Under the pieces are notes generated by a model, which saw only the letters and a program-made list of their open reading frames with translations, did no database searches and was not told the DNA's origin. Below, piece after piece: positions 9,994 through 20,182 of a stretch of 64,000 nt of DNA. The first letter of the stretch is position 1. The number at the start of each line of letters is the position of its first letter. This stretch comes from an uncultured Gammaproteobacteria bacterium (GTDB taxonomy: Bacteria; Pseudomonadota; Gammaproteobacteria; Steroidobacterales; JBCBZW01), in NCBI GenBank assembly GCA_965369325.1, contig CBDUQI010000001.1, positions 1,748 through 65,747 of the forward strand, given 5' to 3'. A program made the translations under genes and the position numbers.

Positions 9994-12174
9994 CTACAGC
10001 ACCTGCAGGTTTGCGTACGCCATCACCAGCCACTTGGTCCCGGCGGACTCGAAGTTTACTTGCAATCGGGCATGCTGGCCCTGACCCTCGTAGTTCATCA
10101 CTACGCCATCACCGAATTTTTTATGGTGCACCCGTTGCCCCAGCGAGATACCCGGCACAGGCGAATCCTCTATTACCGCCCGCCGCGAGGTACGGGTAGC
10201 GGCATACGGTCGCGAGACGCGCACACGTGGGCGCACCTCCTCGATCAGGTTATTGGGAATTTCGCGCAGGAACTGTGAGGGCGCCGCGCTGACCTGCGAG
10301 CCGTGCAGGCGGCGCGATTCGGCGTAGCTCAGGTACAGCTCCTGCATTGCCCGGGTCATGCCCACGTAGCAAAGGCGGCGCTCTTCTTCCAGCCCCTCGG
10401 GGTCTTCCATTGAGCGCCGGTGCGGAAACAGCCCTGCCTCAAGCCCTACCAGGAACACGACCGGAAACTCCAGCCCCTTGGCGGTATGCATGGTCATCAG
10501 CTGCACGCAGTCTTCCCAGCCGGTGGTGCCCTGCTCACCGCCCGACTCAAGCGCGGCGTGCGCCAAAAACGCTTCCAGATCGCCCATTTCATCGTCCGGA
10601 TCGGCCTGAAAGCCTTGCGCAGCGTTCACCAGTTCCTCAAGATTCTCAATGCGCGCCTCGCCGCGCTCGCCTTTTTCTTTTTGATAGTGCTCAATCAGGC
10701 CGCTGCTGCGAATCACCAGATCGGCTTGCTCATGCAGATCCAGACCATCGCATTGATGGGCGAGTTTCTCGATCAGGGTCATGAACTCGCGCACGCATTT
10801 AGCGACCCGGGCCGACAACCCATCTTGCAGCATGTCCACGGATGCCTGCCACATGGACACACCATTGGCACGCGAGTAATCGCGAATGATCTCCATGGTG
10901 CGCGCACCGATACCACGTGCCGGTAAGTTCACCACCCGCTCGAACGCCGTGTCGTCATCACGGCGCAGGGTAAGGCGCAGATACGCCAGCGCGTCTTTGA
11001 TTTCTGCGCGCTCGAAAAAGCGCAGCCCGCCGTACACCCTGTATGGCATGGCCGCGTTGATCAGGCCTTCTTCAAACACCCGTGACTGTGCGTTGGAGCG
11101 GTACAGTACCGCCACTTCCTGGCGCTGACCGCCCTGCTCCACCCAGGTGCGGATGCGGCTGATCACAAAGTCCACTTCTTCGCGATCGTTAAACGCCGCA
11201 AACAGACGAATAAGATCGCCATCTTTGCCGGCCGTCCACAGCGTTTTGCCCAGGCGACCGGCGTTGTGTTGAATCAACTCATTCGCAGCGGACAGGATAT
11301 TGCCGGTCGAGCGATAGTTCTGCTCCAGACGCACCAGCTTGGCTTCTGGAAAATCGCTCTGAAATTTTTGAATGTGCTCAACCCGCGCACCGCGCCAGCG
11401 ATAGATCGACTGATCATCATCGCCCACCACAAACGGCAAACCGGAATCGCCCGCCAGTAGTCGCAGCCACGCGTACTGAATAGAGTTGGTATCCTGAAAC
11501 TCGTCCACCAGCGGGAACTGGAAGCGATTGCGATAGTGCTCCAGCACCTGCTCATTGTCGCGCCATAACTCCAGCGCGCGCAGCAGCAGCTCGGCAAAGT
11601 CGACTAGGCCACTACGATCGCAAGCCTCCTCGTAGGCCTGATAGATATGGATGAGCTTGCCGCGATACTCATCGCCATCGTCATCCAGATGCTTCGGGCG
11701 CAGGCCCTCGTCTTTGTTCTTGTTGATGAACCAGCGCAAGTCGCGCGGTACCCAGCGACTTTCATCCAGATCCATGCCACGCACCACACGCCGCACCAGC
11801 CGCAGCTGATCGTCCGAGTCCAGAATTTGAAAATCTTTGGGCAGCCCCGCCTCTTTGGCATGCAGCCGCAACAGACGATGGGCCAGCCCGTGAAAGGTGC
11901 CGATCCACAATGCGTTACTGGGCCCGCCCAGAAAATGCTCGATGCGACCGCGCATTTCGGCGGCGGCCTTGTTGGTGAATGTGACTGCGATCAGCGAATG
12001 CGGCGGCACGTTTTCTACCTGCATCAGCCAGGCGATACGATGGGTGAGCACGCGGGTCTTGCCGCTGCCCGCGCCGGCCAGCACCAACACTGGCGACATA
12101 CCGCAGGTCACCGCCTCGCGCTGCGCCTCGTTTAACTCCTCCAGGATGCCGGTAACGTCCACTACCCGCTGCAC
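9994..12174 (-). CDS. uvrD: DNA helicase II (UvrD)
   Basis: 726 aa with Walker A (AGAGSGKT), TFTNKAA and DEFQDT motifs. The C-terminal HHKKFGDGVV...RLQVNF...KWLVMAYANL matches the UvrD C-terminal tail as I recall it from E. coli. Confidence 0.9.
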   Translation of the reverse strand: MQRVVDVTGILEELNEAQREAVTCGMSPVLVLAGAGSGKTRVLTHRIAWLMQVENVPPHSLIAVTFTNKAAAEMRGRIEHFLGGPSNALWIGTFHGLAHRLLRLHAKEAGLPKDFQILDSDDQLRLVRRVVRGMDLDESRWVPRDLRWFINKNKDEGLRPKHLDDDGDEYRGKLIHIYQAYEEACDRSGLVDFAELLLRALELWRDNEQVLEHYRNRFQFPLVDEFQDTNSIQYAWLRLLAGDSGLPFVVGDDDQSIYRWRGARVEHIQKFQSDFPEAKLVRLEQNYRSTGNILSAANELIQHNAGRLGKTLWTAGKDGDLIRLFAAFNDREEVDFVISRIRTWVEQGGQRQEVAVLYRSNAQSRVFEEGLINAAMPYRVYGGLRFFERAEIKDALAYLRLTLRRDDDTAFERVVNLPARGIGARTMEIIRDYSRANGVSMWQASVDMLQDGLSARVAKCVREFMTLIEKLAHQCDGLDLHEQADLVIRSSGLIEHYQKEKGERGEARIENLEELVNAAQGFQADPDDEMGDLEAFLAHAALESGGEQGTTGWEDCVQLMTMHTAKGLEFPVVFLVGLEAGLFPHRRSMEDPEGLEEERRLCYVGMTRAMQELYLSYAESRRLHGSQVSAAPSQFLREIPNNLIEEVRPRVRVSRPYAATRTSRRAVIEDSPVPGISLGQRVHHKKFGDGVVMNYEGQGQHARLQVNFESAGTKWLVMAYANLQVL

Positions 12175-12199
12175 TCACTTGCGATGGGCACGGCCGACA

Positions 12200-13165
12200 C
12201 TAACGCTCTCCGCAAATCCAAACGTCGGTCGACACACCTGAGGCGACCACCGCCGCCTCCTGGCACTGGCTGAGGTCGTAGGCTTGTTCTTCTTCGTAAC
12301 ATGAGGTGGTTCCCCCCCACTCCCCTGGCGCGACCAGCAATGGCGGCGGGGTTAGATCATACGCGCCCAGCCCCTGGGACTGGCGCTGTGATTGTAGGCC
12401 GCTGCGAATATCCTCAGCCATCGTGCAGGCTTCAGCCACCTGCTCATCGCTGAGCCGCCGCGAGACCAGCGAGACGGTGGAGGCGGCACGGGTGGGATCC
12501 CAACCGGATCGTTCAGCCGCAGCCAGCCAGGCGTAGGCCGTCACCTCCGGAGACTCGCCCTTGATGGCATCCAGCTGCTCGCGCCCCTCCGCATCCTTTA
12601 GTTGCGCACGCGTGGCTTTGCGCGCAGACCGATAGTGGAGGTTCGCCAGCTCCTGCATCGCGTATACCGAGCCGCTGGCGGCCGCCCGCTCGTACCATTG
12701 CATGGCGTCGCCCGGGCGTGAGCCTACCAACCGTTTGGCCAGGAGCTGCTGCGCCCACATGTCGCCGCTTTCTGCCAGCCCCAGCAGGGTGTCGTCGTCG
12801 TACTGCTGATATGGCTGATCCAAGAGGTAATTGCCCGACTGGTCGTACTCCGGATATCCGCGTTTGACCGCCCAGGTAGCCATCTCGCCTTCGACGTCGT
12901 CCATGCCAAGCTCGCGCAGCACAAACATCAGATCGCCTTCGGACTTCACCTCAAACACCAACTTCTCTTTCTCGCTGTCCGTCGCCTCGGCGGGCGCCGC
13001 GACAGCCGGCTCGGGCGCCGTCACGGGTGCAGGCGCTGGCGCCGGCGCGGGTTCGCTGGGCATCGGGATGGGGGCAGCGGGAGGCAGGGGTGCTTGCGTC
13101 TGCCACCAGACCAGCGCGATGGCACCGCCCAGCAGCAACAGTAATGCGCTCAGAGCTTTCATCAT
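12200..13165 (-). CDS. Sel1/TPR-like repeat protein with N-terminal signal/anchor and a Pro-Ala-rich linker
   Basis: Hydrophobic N-terminus (MMKALSALLLLLGGAIALVWW), then a PAPAPAPAP linker and Sel1-like repeats (AMQWYERAAASGSVYAMQELANLHY). Its start overlaps the ctaB stop (ATGA at 13162-13165). Confidence 0.6.
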   Translation of the reverse strand: MMKALSALLLLLGGAIALVWWQTQAPLPPAAPIPMPSEPAPAPAPAPVTAPEPAVAAPAEATDSEKEKLVFEVKSEGDLMFVLRELGMDDVEGEMATWAVKRGYPEYDQSGNYLLDQPYQQYDDDTLLGLAESGDMWAQQLLAKRLVGSRPGDAMQWYERAAASGSVYAMQELANLHYRSARKATRAQLKDAEGREQLDAIKGESPEVTAYAWLAAAERSGWDPTRAASTVSLVSRRLSDEQVAEACTMAEDIRSGLQSQRQSQGLGAYDLTPPPLLVAPGEWGGTTSCYEEEQAYDLSQCQEAAVVASGVSTDVWICGER

Positions 13166-14094
13166 CCGGCCAAGCCCCCACCACCCGGCCAGCCGAAGAA
13201 GGCCGTGCCGTAATGATCTACCAACAGCAGCGCGAACAGCGCCGTGAGGTAAGTGATGGAATACGCGAAGGTCCGCATGGGCAGCGCATCGTCAGAACCG
13301 AACTTAAGCGCCAGAGCGTAGTACATGAACCCCCCGCCCAGCAGCAGCGCGCCAACTACGTATACCAACCCACTCATGCCCGTGAGAAACGGCAACACCG
13401 TCACTAGCAATAACAGGATGGTGTAGAACAGAATATGCAGGCTGGTGAACTCGTTGCCGTGGGTCACTGGCAGCATGGGAATACCCACCCGCGCATAATC
13501 CTCACGTCGCGCAATCGCCAAAGCCCAGAAATGCGGCGGCGTCCACACGAAGATAATCAGAAACAGTAACAAGGCGTTAGGGTCGACGCTGTTAGTCACC
13601 GCTGCCCATCCCAGCACAGGTGGAGCGGCGCCGGCCGCGCCGCCAATCACGATATTCTGGGGTGTCGCCCGCTTGAGGAATACGGTGTAGATGATGGCGT
13701 AGCCGATCAGGCTAGCGAACGTCAGCATCGCCGTGAGCGGGTTGACGAAGGCCACCAACACCACCATCGAGACCACCGCCAGCGACAGGGCGAAGATCAC
13801 TGCGTTGCGCTGGGTGAGGCTACCGCTCGGCAGCGGCCGGTTGCGCGTGCGCGCCATGCGGGCGTCAATCTGCTGGTCCAGCACATGGTTGATCACCGCA
13901 GCGGAGGCGGCGGCCAGGGCGATGCCCACCGAGCCCATCACTAGAGGCTGCCAGGGCACCCAGCCTGTGGTGGAAAGCAGCATGCCGACCACCGCAGTGA
14001 ACATGATGAGGCTCACAACACGCGGTTTGCACAGCTCAAGATAGTCGGCGAATCGCACCCTGTCGGTCGCGGTAGTCACGAATAGATATTCCAC
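13162..14094 (-). CDS. ctaB: Protoheme IX farnesyltransferase (heme O synthase)
   Basis: 310-aa polytopic UbiA-family protein with YLELCKPRVV, NHVLDQQIDARMARTRNRPLPSG and TPPHFWALA motifs. The cyoE/ctaB naming is ambiguous. Confidence 0.85.
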   Translation of the reverse strand: MEYLFVTTATDRVRFADYLELCKPRVVSLIMFTAVVGMLLSTTGWVPWQPLVMGSVGIALAAASAAVINHVLDQQIDARMARTRNRPLPSGSLTQRNAVIFALSLAVVSMVVLVAFVNPLTAMLTFASLIGYAIIYTVFLKRATPQNIVIGGAAGAAPPVLGWAAVTNSVDPNALLLFLIIFVWTPPHFWALAIARREDYARVGIPMLPVTHGNEFTSLHILFYTILLLLVTVLPFLTGMSGLVYVVGALLLGGGFMYYALALKFGSDDALPMRTFAYSITYLTALFALLLVDHYGTAFFGWPGGGGLAG

Positions 14095-14357
14095 AAATCG
14101 GCGGCAGCATGGCCGGGTTCCAAGACCCGCGATTATAGTCGTGCCCCCTCACAATATCTCGTTATTCGGTGATTGCGGGGTGCACTGAGCCCGGGCAAGC
14201 CGGCCAATCCGCTGCTGCGCTGCGATGGGCGGGCGCTGGCACCTGTGCATTAACCGGGTGCGCTATGATGTCAGCGCATCCGGCGCCGCTGCGGCGTGCG
14301 CGTAATATGCAGCCCGGTGCAGGCGCCATTCACCTGTAAACCCTGCGGAGATCAAAG

Positions 14358-14819
14358 ATGAGTGTCGAGCTGACAGTAAACGGCGAGAAACATACGGTAG
14401 ACGTGCCCGACGACAAGCCGCTGCTCTGGGTGCTGCGCGAGGATCTAGGCCTCACCGCCACCAAATTCGGCTGCGGGATCGCCCAGTGCGGCGCATGCAC
14501 CGTCCACCTTAACGGCAGCGCCACCCGCTCCTGCGTGCTACCGGTCTCTGCGGTGGTTGGACAGAACGTCACCACGGTCGAAGGCCTCTCCAGCCCCGCC
14601 GCTATGGCAGTACGCGAGGCCTGGCGCGATATCGACGTGGTCCAGTGCGGCTACTGCCAGTCCGGCCAGATGATGTCGGCCACGGCTCTGCTGGAACAGA
14701 ATCCTTCGCCGAACGATGCGGCCATCGACGGCGCAATGACAGGCAATATCTGCCGCTGCGGCACCTACGTGCGTATCCGCAAGGCTATCCACAGGGCGGC
14801 CGAGAAGCTGGAGGCGTAG
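14358..14819 (+). CDS. [2Fe-2S]-binding small subunit of a molybdenum hydroxylase (IorA/aldehyde oxidoreductase type)
   Basis: 153 aa carrying both Cys clusters ([11 protein letters not shown]... and CGYCQSGQ...CRCGTY). Confidence 0.85.
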   Translation: MSVELTVNGEKHTVDVPDDKPLLWVLREDLGLTATKFGCGIAQCGACTVHLNGSATRSCVLPVSAVVGQNVTTVEGLSSPAAMAVREAWRDIDVVQCGYCQSGQMMSATALLEQNPSPNDAAIDGAMTGNICRCGTYVRIRKAIHRAAEKLEA

Positions 14820-14823
14820 CGCG

Positions 14824-17058
14824 ATGATGAATTTAAAATCGATCAAACTGAGCAACCTGGGTTTTGCTGACAACTCCCGTCGGCGCTTTCTGAAGCTCTC
14901 CGCGATGACGGCGGGCGGTGGCTTCATGGTTGGCTGCAGCCCGGCGCCAGCGCCGGAGAGTTCTGATGCCGCACGGCAGGGCGCAACGGCAGCTGCGCCG
15001 GTGGCCAATCCGGCCGCCCAGCACACGTTCAGCCCGTTCGTACAGGTGGGCGGCGACGGCCTGGTCACTGTGTTCTCCAAGCACATGGACAAAGGCCAAG
15101 GCGTGAGCACTGGCTTGCCGACCCTGGTCGCTGAGGAGTTGGATGCGGACTGGTCACAAATGCGGGTGGTGTTCGCCCCCGCCAACGCTGCGCTGTACAA
15201 CAACTTTGCCTTCGGGCCGATGCAGGGCACGGGCGGCTCCACCTCGATTGCCAATTCCTTTATGCAGTATCGCCAAGCCGGCGCCGCCGCCAAAGCGATG
15301 CTGGTGCAGGCGGCCGCCGCCCAGTGGGGCGTCGAGGCCGGGGAGATCAGCGTGAGTAAAGGCACGCTGCGCCACGCAGGCTCCGCCCAGCGGGGCAACT
15401 TTGGAGAATTCGCCGCCGCTGCGGCTAGCATCACACCGCCCGCCGAACCCGCGGTGAAAGACCCCGCAGACTTCACGCTGATCGGCACGCACGTCCCGCG
15501 CCTGGACAGCCCGAGCAAAACCGATGGCACCGCGACGTACACCATCGACGTCAATCGTCCTGGGCAGTTGATCGCGGTGCTCGCACGTCCGCCCAAATTT
15601 GGCGGCGTAGTGAAGCGGTTTGACGCCACCCAGGCCAAAGCCATTCCCGGCGTGCAGCACGTGGTGCAAATCCAGCGAGGCGTCGCGGTCCTGGCGGATA
15701 GTTACTTCACCGCGCTTAAGGCACGCAAGGCGCTTCAGATTGAGTGGGACTACGACAAAGCGGAGAAGCGCGGCAGCAAAGAACTACTGGCGGATTTCAA
15801 AGCGGCCGCCAGTGAACCCGGCATGAGCGCCGTGAGCAACGGTGATGCGGAACGCGCGTTGACCGAAGCAGATAAAACACTGGAGGCACACTTCGAATTT
15901 CCGTTTTTAGCGCACGCCAGCATGGAGCCCTTAGACTGCGTCGTGGAGCTGAGCACCAACAAATGTGAGATCTGGACGGCCTCGCAAATCCAAACGCTGG
16001 ACCAGGGTGTCGCGGCCGGCATCACCGGCTTGAGCCCCGAGCAGATCGTGATCAACACCCAGTACTCGGGTGGTAGCTTCGGCCGCCGCGCAGTACCGGA
16101 CAGCGACTATGTGGCTGAGGCGGTGATGATTGCCAAGGCGATCAACGGCACCTCGCCGGTAAAACTGCAGTGGTCGCGTGAAGATGACATGCGCGGAGGG
16201 CGCTACCGCCCGATGAGCTACCACGTGATGCGCGGCGGGCTAAACAGTGATGGCAAGGTGACAGGCTGGTCGCATCGCGCAGTGGTTCAGAGCTTTCTGC
16301 GCGCGACCCCGTTTGAGATGGCTATTCAGAATGGCATTGACGGCTCCTCGTTGGAGGGCACGGCCAACCTCCCGTACGCGATCGACAACATGATGGTGGA
16401 GCTGCACAGCCCCATCGTAGACGTGCCCACCCTGTGGTGGCGCTCCGTCGGGCATACACAAAATGCATACATCACCGAAGTGTTTTTCGACGAGGTGGCA
16501 CACGCCGCCGGGCGTGACCCGTATGAGTTAAGAGGCGAACTGCTGGCCTCGCATCCACGCCACACCGGTGTGTTGGAGACGGCGGCCAAAGCGGCGGGAT
16601 GGGGCCGCGACCTGGGCCCCGGCAAGGGCGCAGGCATTGCGGTGCATGAGTCGTTTGGCAGTTTTGTCGCCCAGGTGGTGGAGGTGAGCACCCAGACTGA
16701 CGGCAACTTTAGTGTTGACCGCGTGGTATGCGCGGTGGACTGCGGCATCGCCGTCAACCCAGACGTGGTGAAGGCGCAGATGGAAGGTGGCATCGCCTAT
16801 GCGCTGTCGGCGGCGTTGCGTGAGGAAATCACCCTAGTGGACGGCGAGGTGCAACAGAGTAACTTCGATGCATACCAACCGCTGCGGATGAACGAGATGC
16901 CTGTCGTTGAGGTGCATATTGTGCCATCGAGTGAAGCGCCGAGCGGCGTGGGTGAACCCGGCGTACCTACGCTGGCACCGGCGCTGGCGAACGCGTTATT
17001 TGCGGCGACCGGCAAACGTATTCGCAAACTACCGATTGGCGATCAGCTGAAGGGCTGA
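14824..17058 (+). CDS. Molybdopterin-binding large subunit (IorB/aldehyde oxidase family), Tat-exported
   Basis: 744 aa with a twin-arginine signal (SRRRFLKLSAMTAGGGFMVGC). The body resembles xanthine dehydrogenase/aldehyde oxidase family proteins. It starts 4 nt after the small subunit gene. Confidence 0.85.
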   Translation: MMNLKSIKLSNLGFADNSRRRFLKLSAMTAGGGFMVGCSPAPAPESSDAARQGATAAAPVANPAAQHTFSPFVQVGGDGLVTVFSKHMDKGQGVSTGLPTLVAEELDADWSQMRVVFAPANAALYNNFAFGPMQGTGGSTSIANSFMQYRQAGAAAKAMLVQAAAAQWGVEAGEISVSKGTLRHAGSAQRGNFGEFAAAAASITPPAEPAVKDPADFTLIGTHVPRLDSPSKTDGTATYTIDVNRPGQLIAVLARPPKFGGVVKRFDATQAKAIPGVQHVVQIQRGVAVLADSYFTALKARKALQIEWDYDKAEKRGSKELLADFKAAASEPGMSAVSNGDAERALTEADKTLEAHFEFPFLAHASMEPLDCVVELSTNKCEIWTASQIQTLDQGVAAGITGLSPEQIVINTQYSGGSFGRRAVPDSDYVAEAVMIAKAINGTSPVKLQWSREDDMRGGRYRPMSYHVMRGGLNSDGKVTGWSHRAVVQSFLRATPFEMAIQNGIDGSSLEGTANLPYAIDNMMVELHSPIVDVPTLWWRSVGHTQNAYITEVFFDEVAHAAGRDPYELRGELLASHPRHTGVLETAAKAAGWGRDLGPGKGAGIAVHESFGSFVAQVVEVSTQTDGNFSVDRVVCAVDCGIAVNPDVVKAQMEGGIAYALSAALREEITLVDGEVQQSNFDAYQPLRMNEMPVVEVHIVPSSEAPSGVGEPGVPTLAPALANALFAATGKRIRKLPIGDQLKG

Positions 17059-17069
17059 GTGCAACAAAG

Positions 17070-17101
17070 CAGCCGTCGGGTGGCTTTTGGCCCGATGGCT
17101 G
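17070..17101 (+). terminator. Stem-loop after the oxidoreductase operon
   Basis: CAGCCGTCGGG-N10-CCCGATGGCTG, an 11-bp stem with one G-U pair, begins 12 nt after the stop at 17058. The 3' tail TCTTCAG is only weakly T-rich. Confidence 0.45.
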
Positions 17102-17270
17102 TCTTCAGCCTAACGTCTTAGGTGCGATATTCGCTACCTCCCACGCACTACACTGGTTGGCAGCATGCGTATTGGCGTGTTTGGTTCAAGTCACAATCGG
17201 CGAGGTAGCACCGGTGCGCTTTGGTGACATAAGTATCGTACGGCTCTGGCATGCATAGGGTGATCGACAG

Positions 17271-19268
17271 ATGGAGGCGCTCGTGTTCGCTGCCGATCTA
17301 GGGCCCGCCAGCCCACGTTACCCGGATATCAACGCATTTCGCGACGGATGGGTCCGCCACGTTCGGTGCGTGGGCACGATTACGGTTCAGGCGGTCGGAC
17401 CCGCCACGGTCGGCACCGGCTTTTTGGTAGGCCCAAATCTCCTGCTAACGTGCAGTGACGTAATTTCACCTTTGCCGACCCAACCCGGACCGACACCTGC
17501 CGCCCGCCCGGAGCAGGTGCATATAACTTTCGATGCCGGCGCGCCCGGAAGCAGCATTACGCGGGTGACCGTTGGACTGGCCGACGATTGGCTGGCGCAC
17601 GCGTACTGTGATGACCAAGACCCGCCTGCTGGCACGCCAATGTCGAGGCAATTGCACTACGCGTTGGTGAGGCTTGCGGCGCCCGTCGGCGAGGAACGCG
17701 GATGGATCGAGCTACCGACAGGCCGCGCCAACGCATCAACGGCGAGGCCTCGCTCGGGCAGCTGTTTTCCCACCGTGCTTCAACACGGGGGCTTAGGCGC
17801 GCAGGCGCCGGCGCTCAGCCAATGCCCGGCGCAGCTCAGCCTGGATGGGGACCGACTGCGTTACCAGGTAACCACACCGGACAGCGCGCGCGGTGCTCCT
17901 TGTTTTGATGAAAACTGGGAACTCATTGGACTACACTTGGGCAGTGGGCACGACAACCCGGCGCAGGGCATCCACGAAGCGGTGCCCATCGGGCTCATCA
18001 CCGATCACTTGGCGGCCGAAGGCATTCGCTTTGATGCGCCTGTTACGGGGGTCGACGAATCGCCCGGCTTTTGTGTTCACCCAACGTTGATCGTCGTCTG
18101 CACGGATTCCGAATCAGACCGCGCGCAAGCGCTAATTGATCAGGCCAAAATACCCCCCGGGTTCGCGGTGAGAGTCGGCAACACACCGCCCGCGTCAATC
18201 GCGGACAACGCCGTTGGCGTTTTTCTTGGCAGCGACCAGGCGGTGAAAGACCCGGCGGTACTGGAGGCGATCAGGCAACTGCGTAGCATCAACATTCAAG
18301 TCGTGCCCGTGGTGACCGAATATGAAGCATTTTACCAGCAGACCCCCGAAGAATTGCATCGATACAACGCCGAGCAATGGCAGCCGGGTAAGGCGGTGCC
18401 ACCAGCCCTGTGCCAACGAGTGCGCGAGCTACTCGGGTTGCAGGTTGCGGCCAACGATCGTTCCGTTTTTATCAGCTACCTTCGCACGGAGAGCCTATCA
18501 AAGGTAAAGGCGCTGAAAACCGCGCTATCTGCAGCGTCCTACAAGACGTTTGTCGATCTGGATGACATTCCACTCGGCGAGCCGGTTCAGGAGAACATAG
18601 ATTCGAACCTGTCCGGCAACGCAAGTCAGGCCCTGTTGTTCATCGAAACACCCAACGCTTACGAATCAACGTGGATCTACAAAGAATTACTGTGGGCATA
18701 CACACGTGGAACGGCGATTGTGGTGTGTCAGTGCGATCAGGTTCGCAATCGTATCCCATTCATCAGCACACAGCCGATGCTGCACATCGGCCAAACCGCC
18801 CCGGCAAGTTGTGTTGATGAAATAGTGGCGTTGCTGGATCAAGAAATTGCACTGGCCAACACTCGCAATGTTCAACTGGCCAGAACCATCGAGGGCCTGG
18901 TGAGACAGCAACTGCGCTCATCGCCTGGGCTTGTCGTGGAAACTGTTCGCCATGACACCAGTCTGATGGACTTAAAGTACAGCCGTCAGATTGGCCCATC
19001 GGGTCAACACAAGCAAACAAAAAAACTCACTGTACTAATTAAGAACTCATGCCGCCGGCCCTCGGACGTGATGGTGCAGCAGCTGCTTGAGACCCTAAAA
19101 CAGGACAACCGCAGCGCGGCAATTTTGCTATACGACGCGCCTGAGATTCCGCTTACCGACACGGAGCGTGCTCGCTTTGACTCGCTGGCCGGTGATTCCA
19201 TGCTATTTCTAATCCCACGGGAGGACGCTGCTGCGAGCATTCCGGACATCCTGAAGGAGGTCGTATAA
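17271..19268 (+). CDS. Multidomain protein: trypsin-fold (triad apparently lost), TIR-like, TIR, unknown C-terminal domain
   Basis: 665 aa. Residues ~25-250 carry trypsin-like blocks (VGTGFLVGPNLLLTCSDV, HYALVRLAAPVG, RGAPCFDENWELIGLHLG). Residues ~396-500 are a clear TIR (SVFISYLRTES...FVDLDDIPLGEPV...ALLFIETPNAYESTWIYKELLWA). Residues ~270-350 are a second, degenerate flavodoxin/TIR-like unit. Residues ~530-665 are unassigned. Confidence 0.7.
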   Translation: MEALVFAADLGPASPRYPDINAFRDGWVRHVRCVGTITVQAVGPATVGTGFLVGPNLLLTCSDVISPLPTQPGPTPAARPEQVHITFDAGAPGSSITRVTVGLADDWLAHAYCDDQDPPAGTPMSRQLHYALVRLAAPVGEERGWIELPTGRANASTARPRSGSCFPTVLQHGGLGAQAPALSQCPAQLSLDGDRLRYQVTTPDSARGAPCFDENWELIGLHLGSGHDNPAQGIHEAVPIGLITDHLAAEGIRFDAPVTGVDESPGFCVHPTLIVVCTDSESDRAQALIDQAKIPPGFAVRVGNTPPASIADNAVGVFLGSDQAVKDPAVLEAIRQLRSINIQVVPVVTEYEAFYQQTPEELHRYNAEQWQPGKAVPPALCQRVRELLGLQVAANDRSVFISYLRTESLSKVKALKTALSAASYKTFVDLDDIPLGEPVQENIDSNLSGNASQALLFIETPNAYESTWIYKELLWAYTRGTAIVVCQCDQVRNRIPFISTQPMLHIGQTAPASCVDEIVALLDQEIALANTRNVQLARTIEGLVRQQLRSSPGLVVETVRHDTSLMDLKYSRQIGPSGQHKQTKKLTVLIKNSCRRPSDVMVQQLLETLKQDNRSAAILLYDAPEIPLTDTERARFDSLAGDSMLFLIPREDAAASIPDILKEVV

Positions 19269-20047
19269 TGCAACACCGGGTATTTCTGTCGGCCAGCATA
19301 CCGCCACCGAACATCTCCGAGCTGCGGAGCCGGCCAGACGCTTGGGACGATCTTTACGCTGGGTTCCCCACTCAACCGGGCGAGGTTGAGCGGGCGATCC
19401 GCGCCCTGGTACCCCACGTATTCAAACACGAAGAGTTGGTACTGGTGTTCGGCGGCCATCCAGCGATTACGCCGATCGTGGCGGACATCGCCCGACGTCG
19501 CCGGGGCGGAGTGGCCGTTGAGATCTATCAATCCGCTTTTTTTGCCGGTCAGGAACCTTTTAGTCACCAGGCTGATAAGTATCTTTATCAAAATATTCAT
19601 TGGACACCCATTTGCGAACCGCCGATCGCACACCCCGTGCCATTGAGCAAGCCCATGGCACCTGGGGAGTATCCTCTGGATGAGGGGTCGCAGGCGGCCA
19701 GAGAGCACACAGCGGCGGTCCAGAAACTCAGAAATCTGGGCGAGCCGGACCAAGCGGCTTGGCGCCAAGCCAGCCTAACGTGCATGCGCAATAAGATGAT
19801 CTCCAATTGCATTGGCGGCATCTTTGTCGGTGGCATGCAGGGGGTGGAAGATGAGCTTAGGTTATTTGAGCAGGCGAACCCGAAAAAGCCCGCTTGGTTA
19901 GTCACCCGCCCTGGCGGGCGCACAGCTCGAATTGCGGTTGAACGGACCGCCGAGCACACCCCTTACAGGCATGTGGAGAACGATTTCGCCTATGAAACGG
20001 TGGGGGAGAATATTGCCAACGAGCTTATGAGCAATAGGCAGCCATAA
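19268..20047 (+). CDS. Stand-alone SLOG-domain protein (TIR-associated, STALD-like)
   Basis: 259 aa with a SLOG/LOG-type motif series: VFLSASIP, LVLVFGGHPAITP, GGIFVGGMQGVEDE and VTRPGGRTA. Its ATG overlaps the upstream stop by 1 nt (TAATG at 19266-19270). The assignment is by eye. Confidence 0.6.
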   Translation: MQHRVFLSASIPPPNISELRSRPDAWDDLYAGFPTQPGEVERAIRALVPHVFKHEELVLVFGGHPAITPIVADIARRRRGGVAVEIYQSAFFAGQEPFSHQADKYLYQNIHWTPICEPPIAHPVPLSKPMAPGEYPLDEGSQAAREHTAAVQKLRNLGEPDQAAWRQASLTCMRNKMISNCIGGIFVGGMQGVEDELRLFEQANPKKPAWLVTRPGGRTARIAVERTAEHTPYRHVENDFAYETVGENIANELMSNRQP

Positions 20048-20182
20048 ACGGCGCCGCGGTTTACCCAGCCGAGTTGAAATAATCAAGTTCTGGCTCGGTG
20101 CACCAACGGCGCTCTGCCTGCCCGCACAAACGCGGCGGCGCCACCTGAAGATGGCGCGCCGCTAAGGGCTGTTAGAGCGAGC

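Noticed and set aside
14237-14251. TGGCAC-containing motif upstream of the oxidoreductase operon, considered as a sigma-54 promoter
   Set aside because: In TGGCACCTGTGCATT the GC of the -12 element falls 2 nt too close to the GG, at positions 11-12 instead of 13-14. The spacing does not fit TGGCAC-N5-TTGC.
14538-15644. 368-aa minus-strand ORF
   Set aside because: It lies antisense to the 2Fe-2S and molybdopterin subunit genes, both of which carry unmistakable cofactor motifs. The Ala/Pro/Arg-rich product is typical of an off-frame GC artefact.
20131-20162. GC-rich imperfect inverted repeat between the convergent SLOG gene and the small minus-strand ORF, considered as a bidirectional terminator
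   Set aside because: Only about 6 contiguous base pairs (20138-20143 with 20152-20157) and an 8-nt loop could be formed, with no T/A tracts. This is too weak to call.
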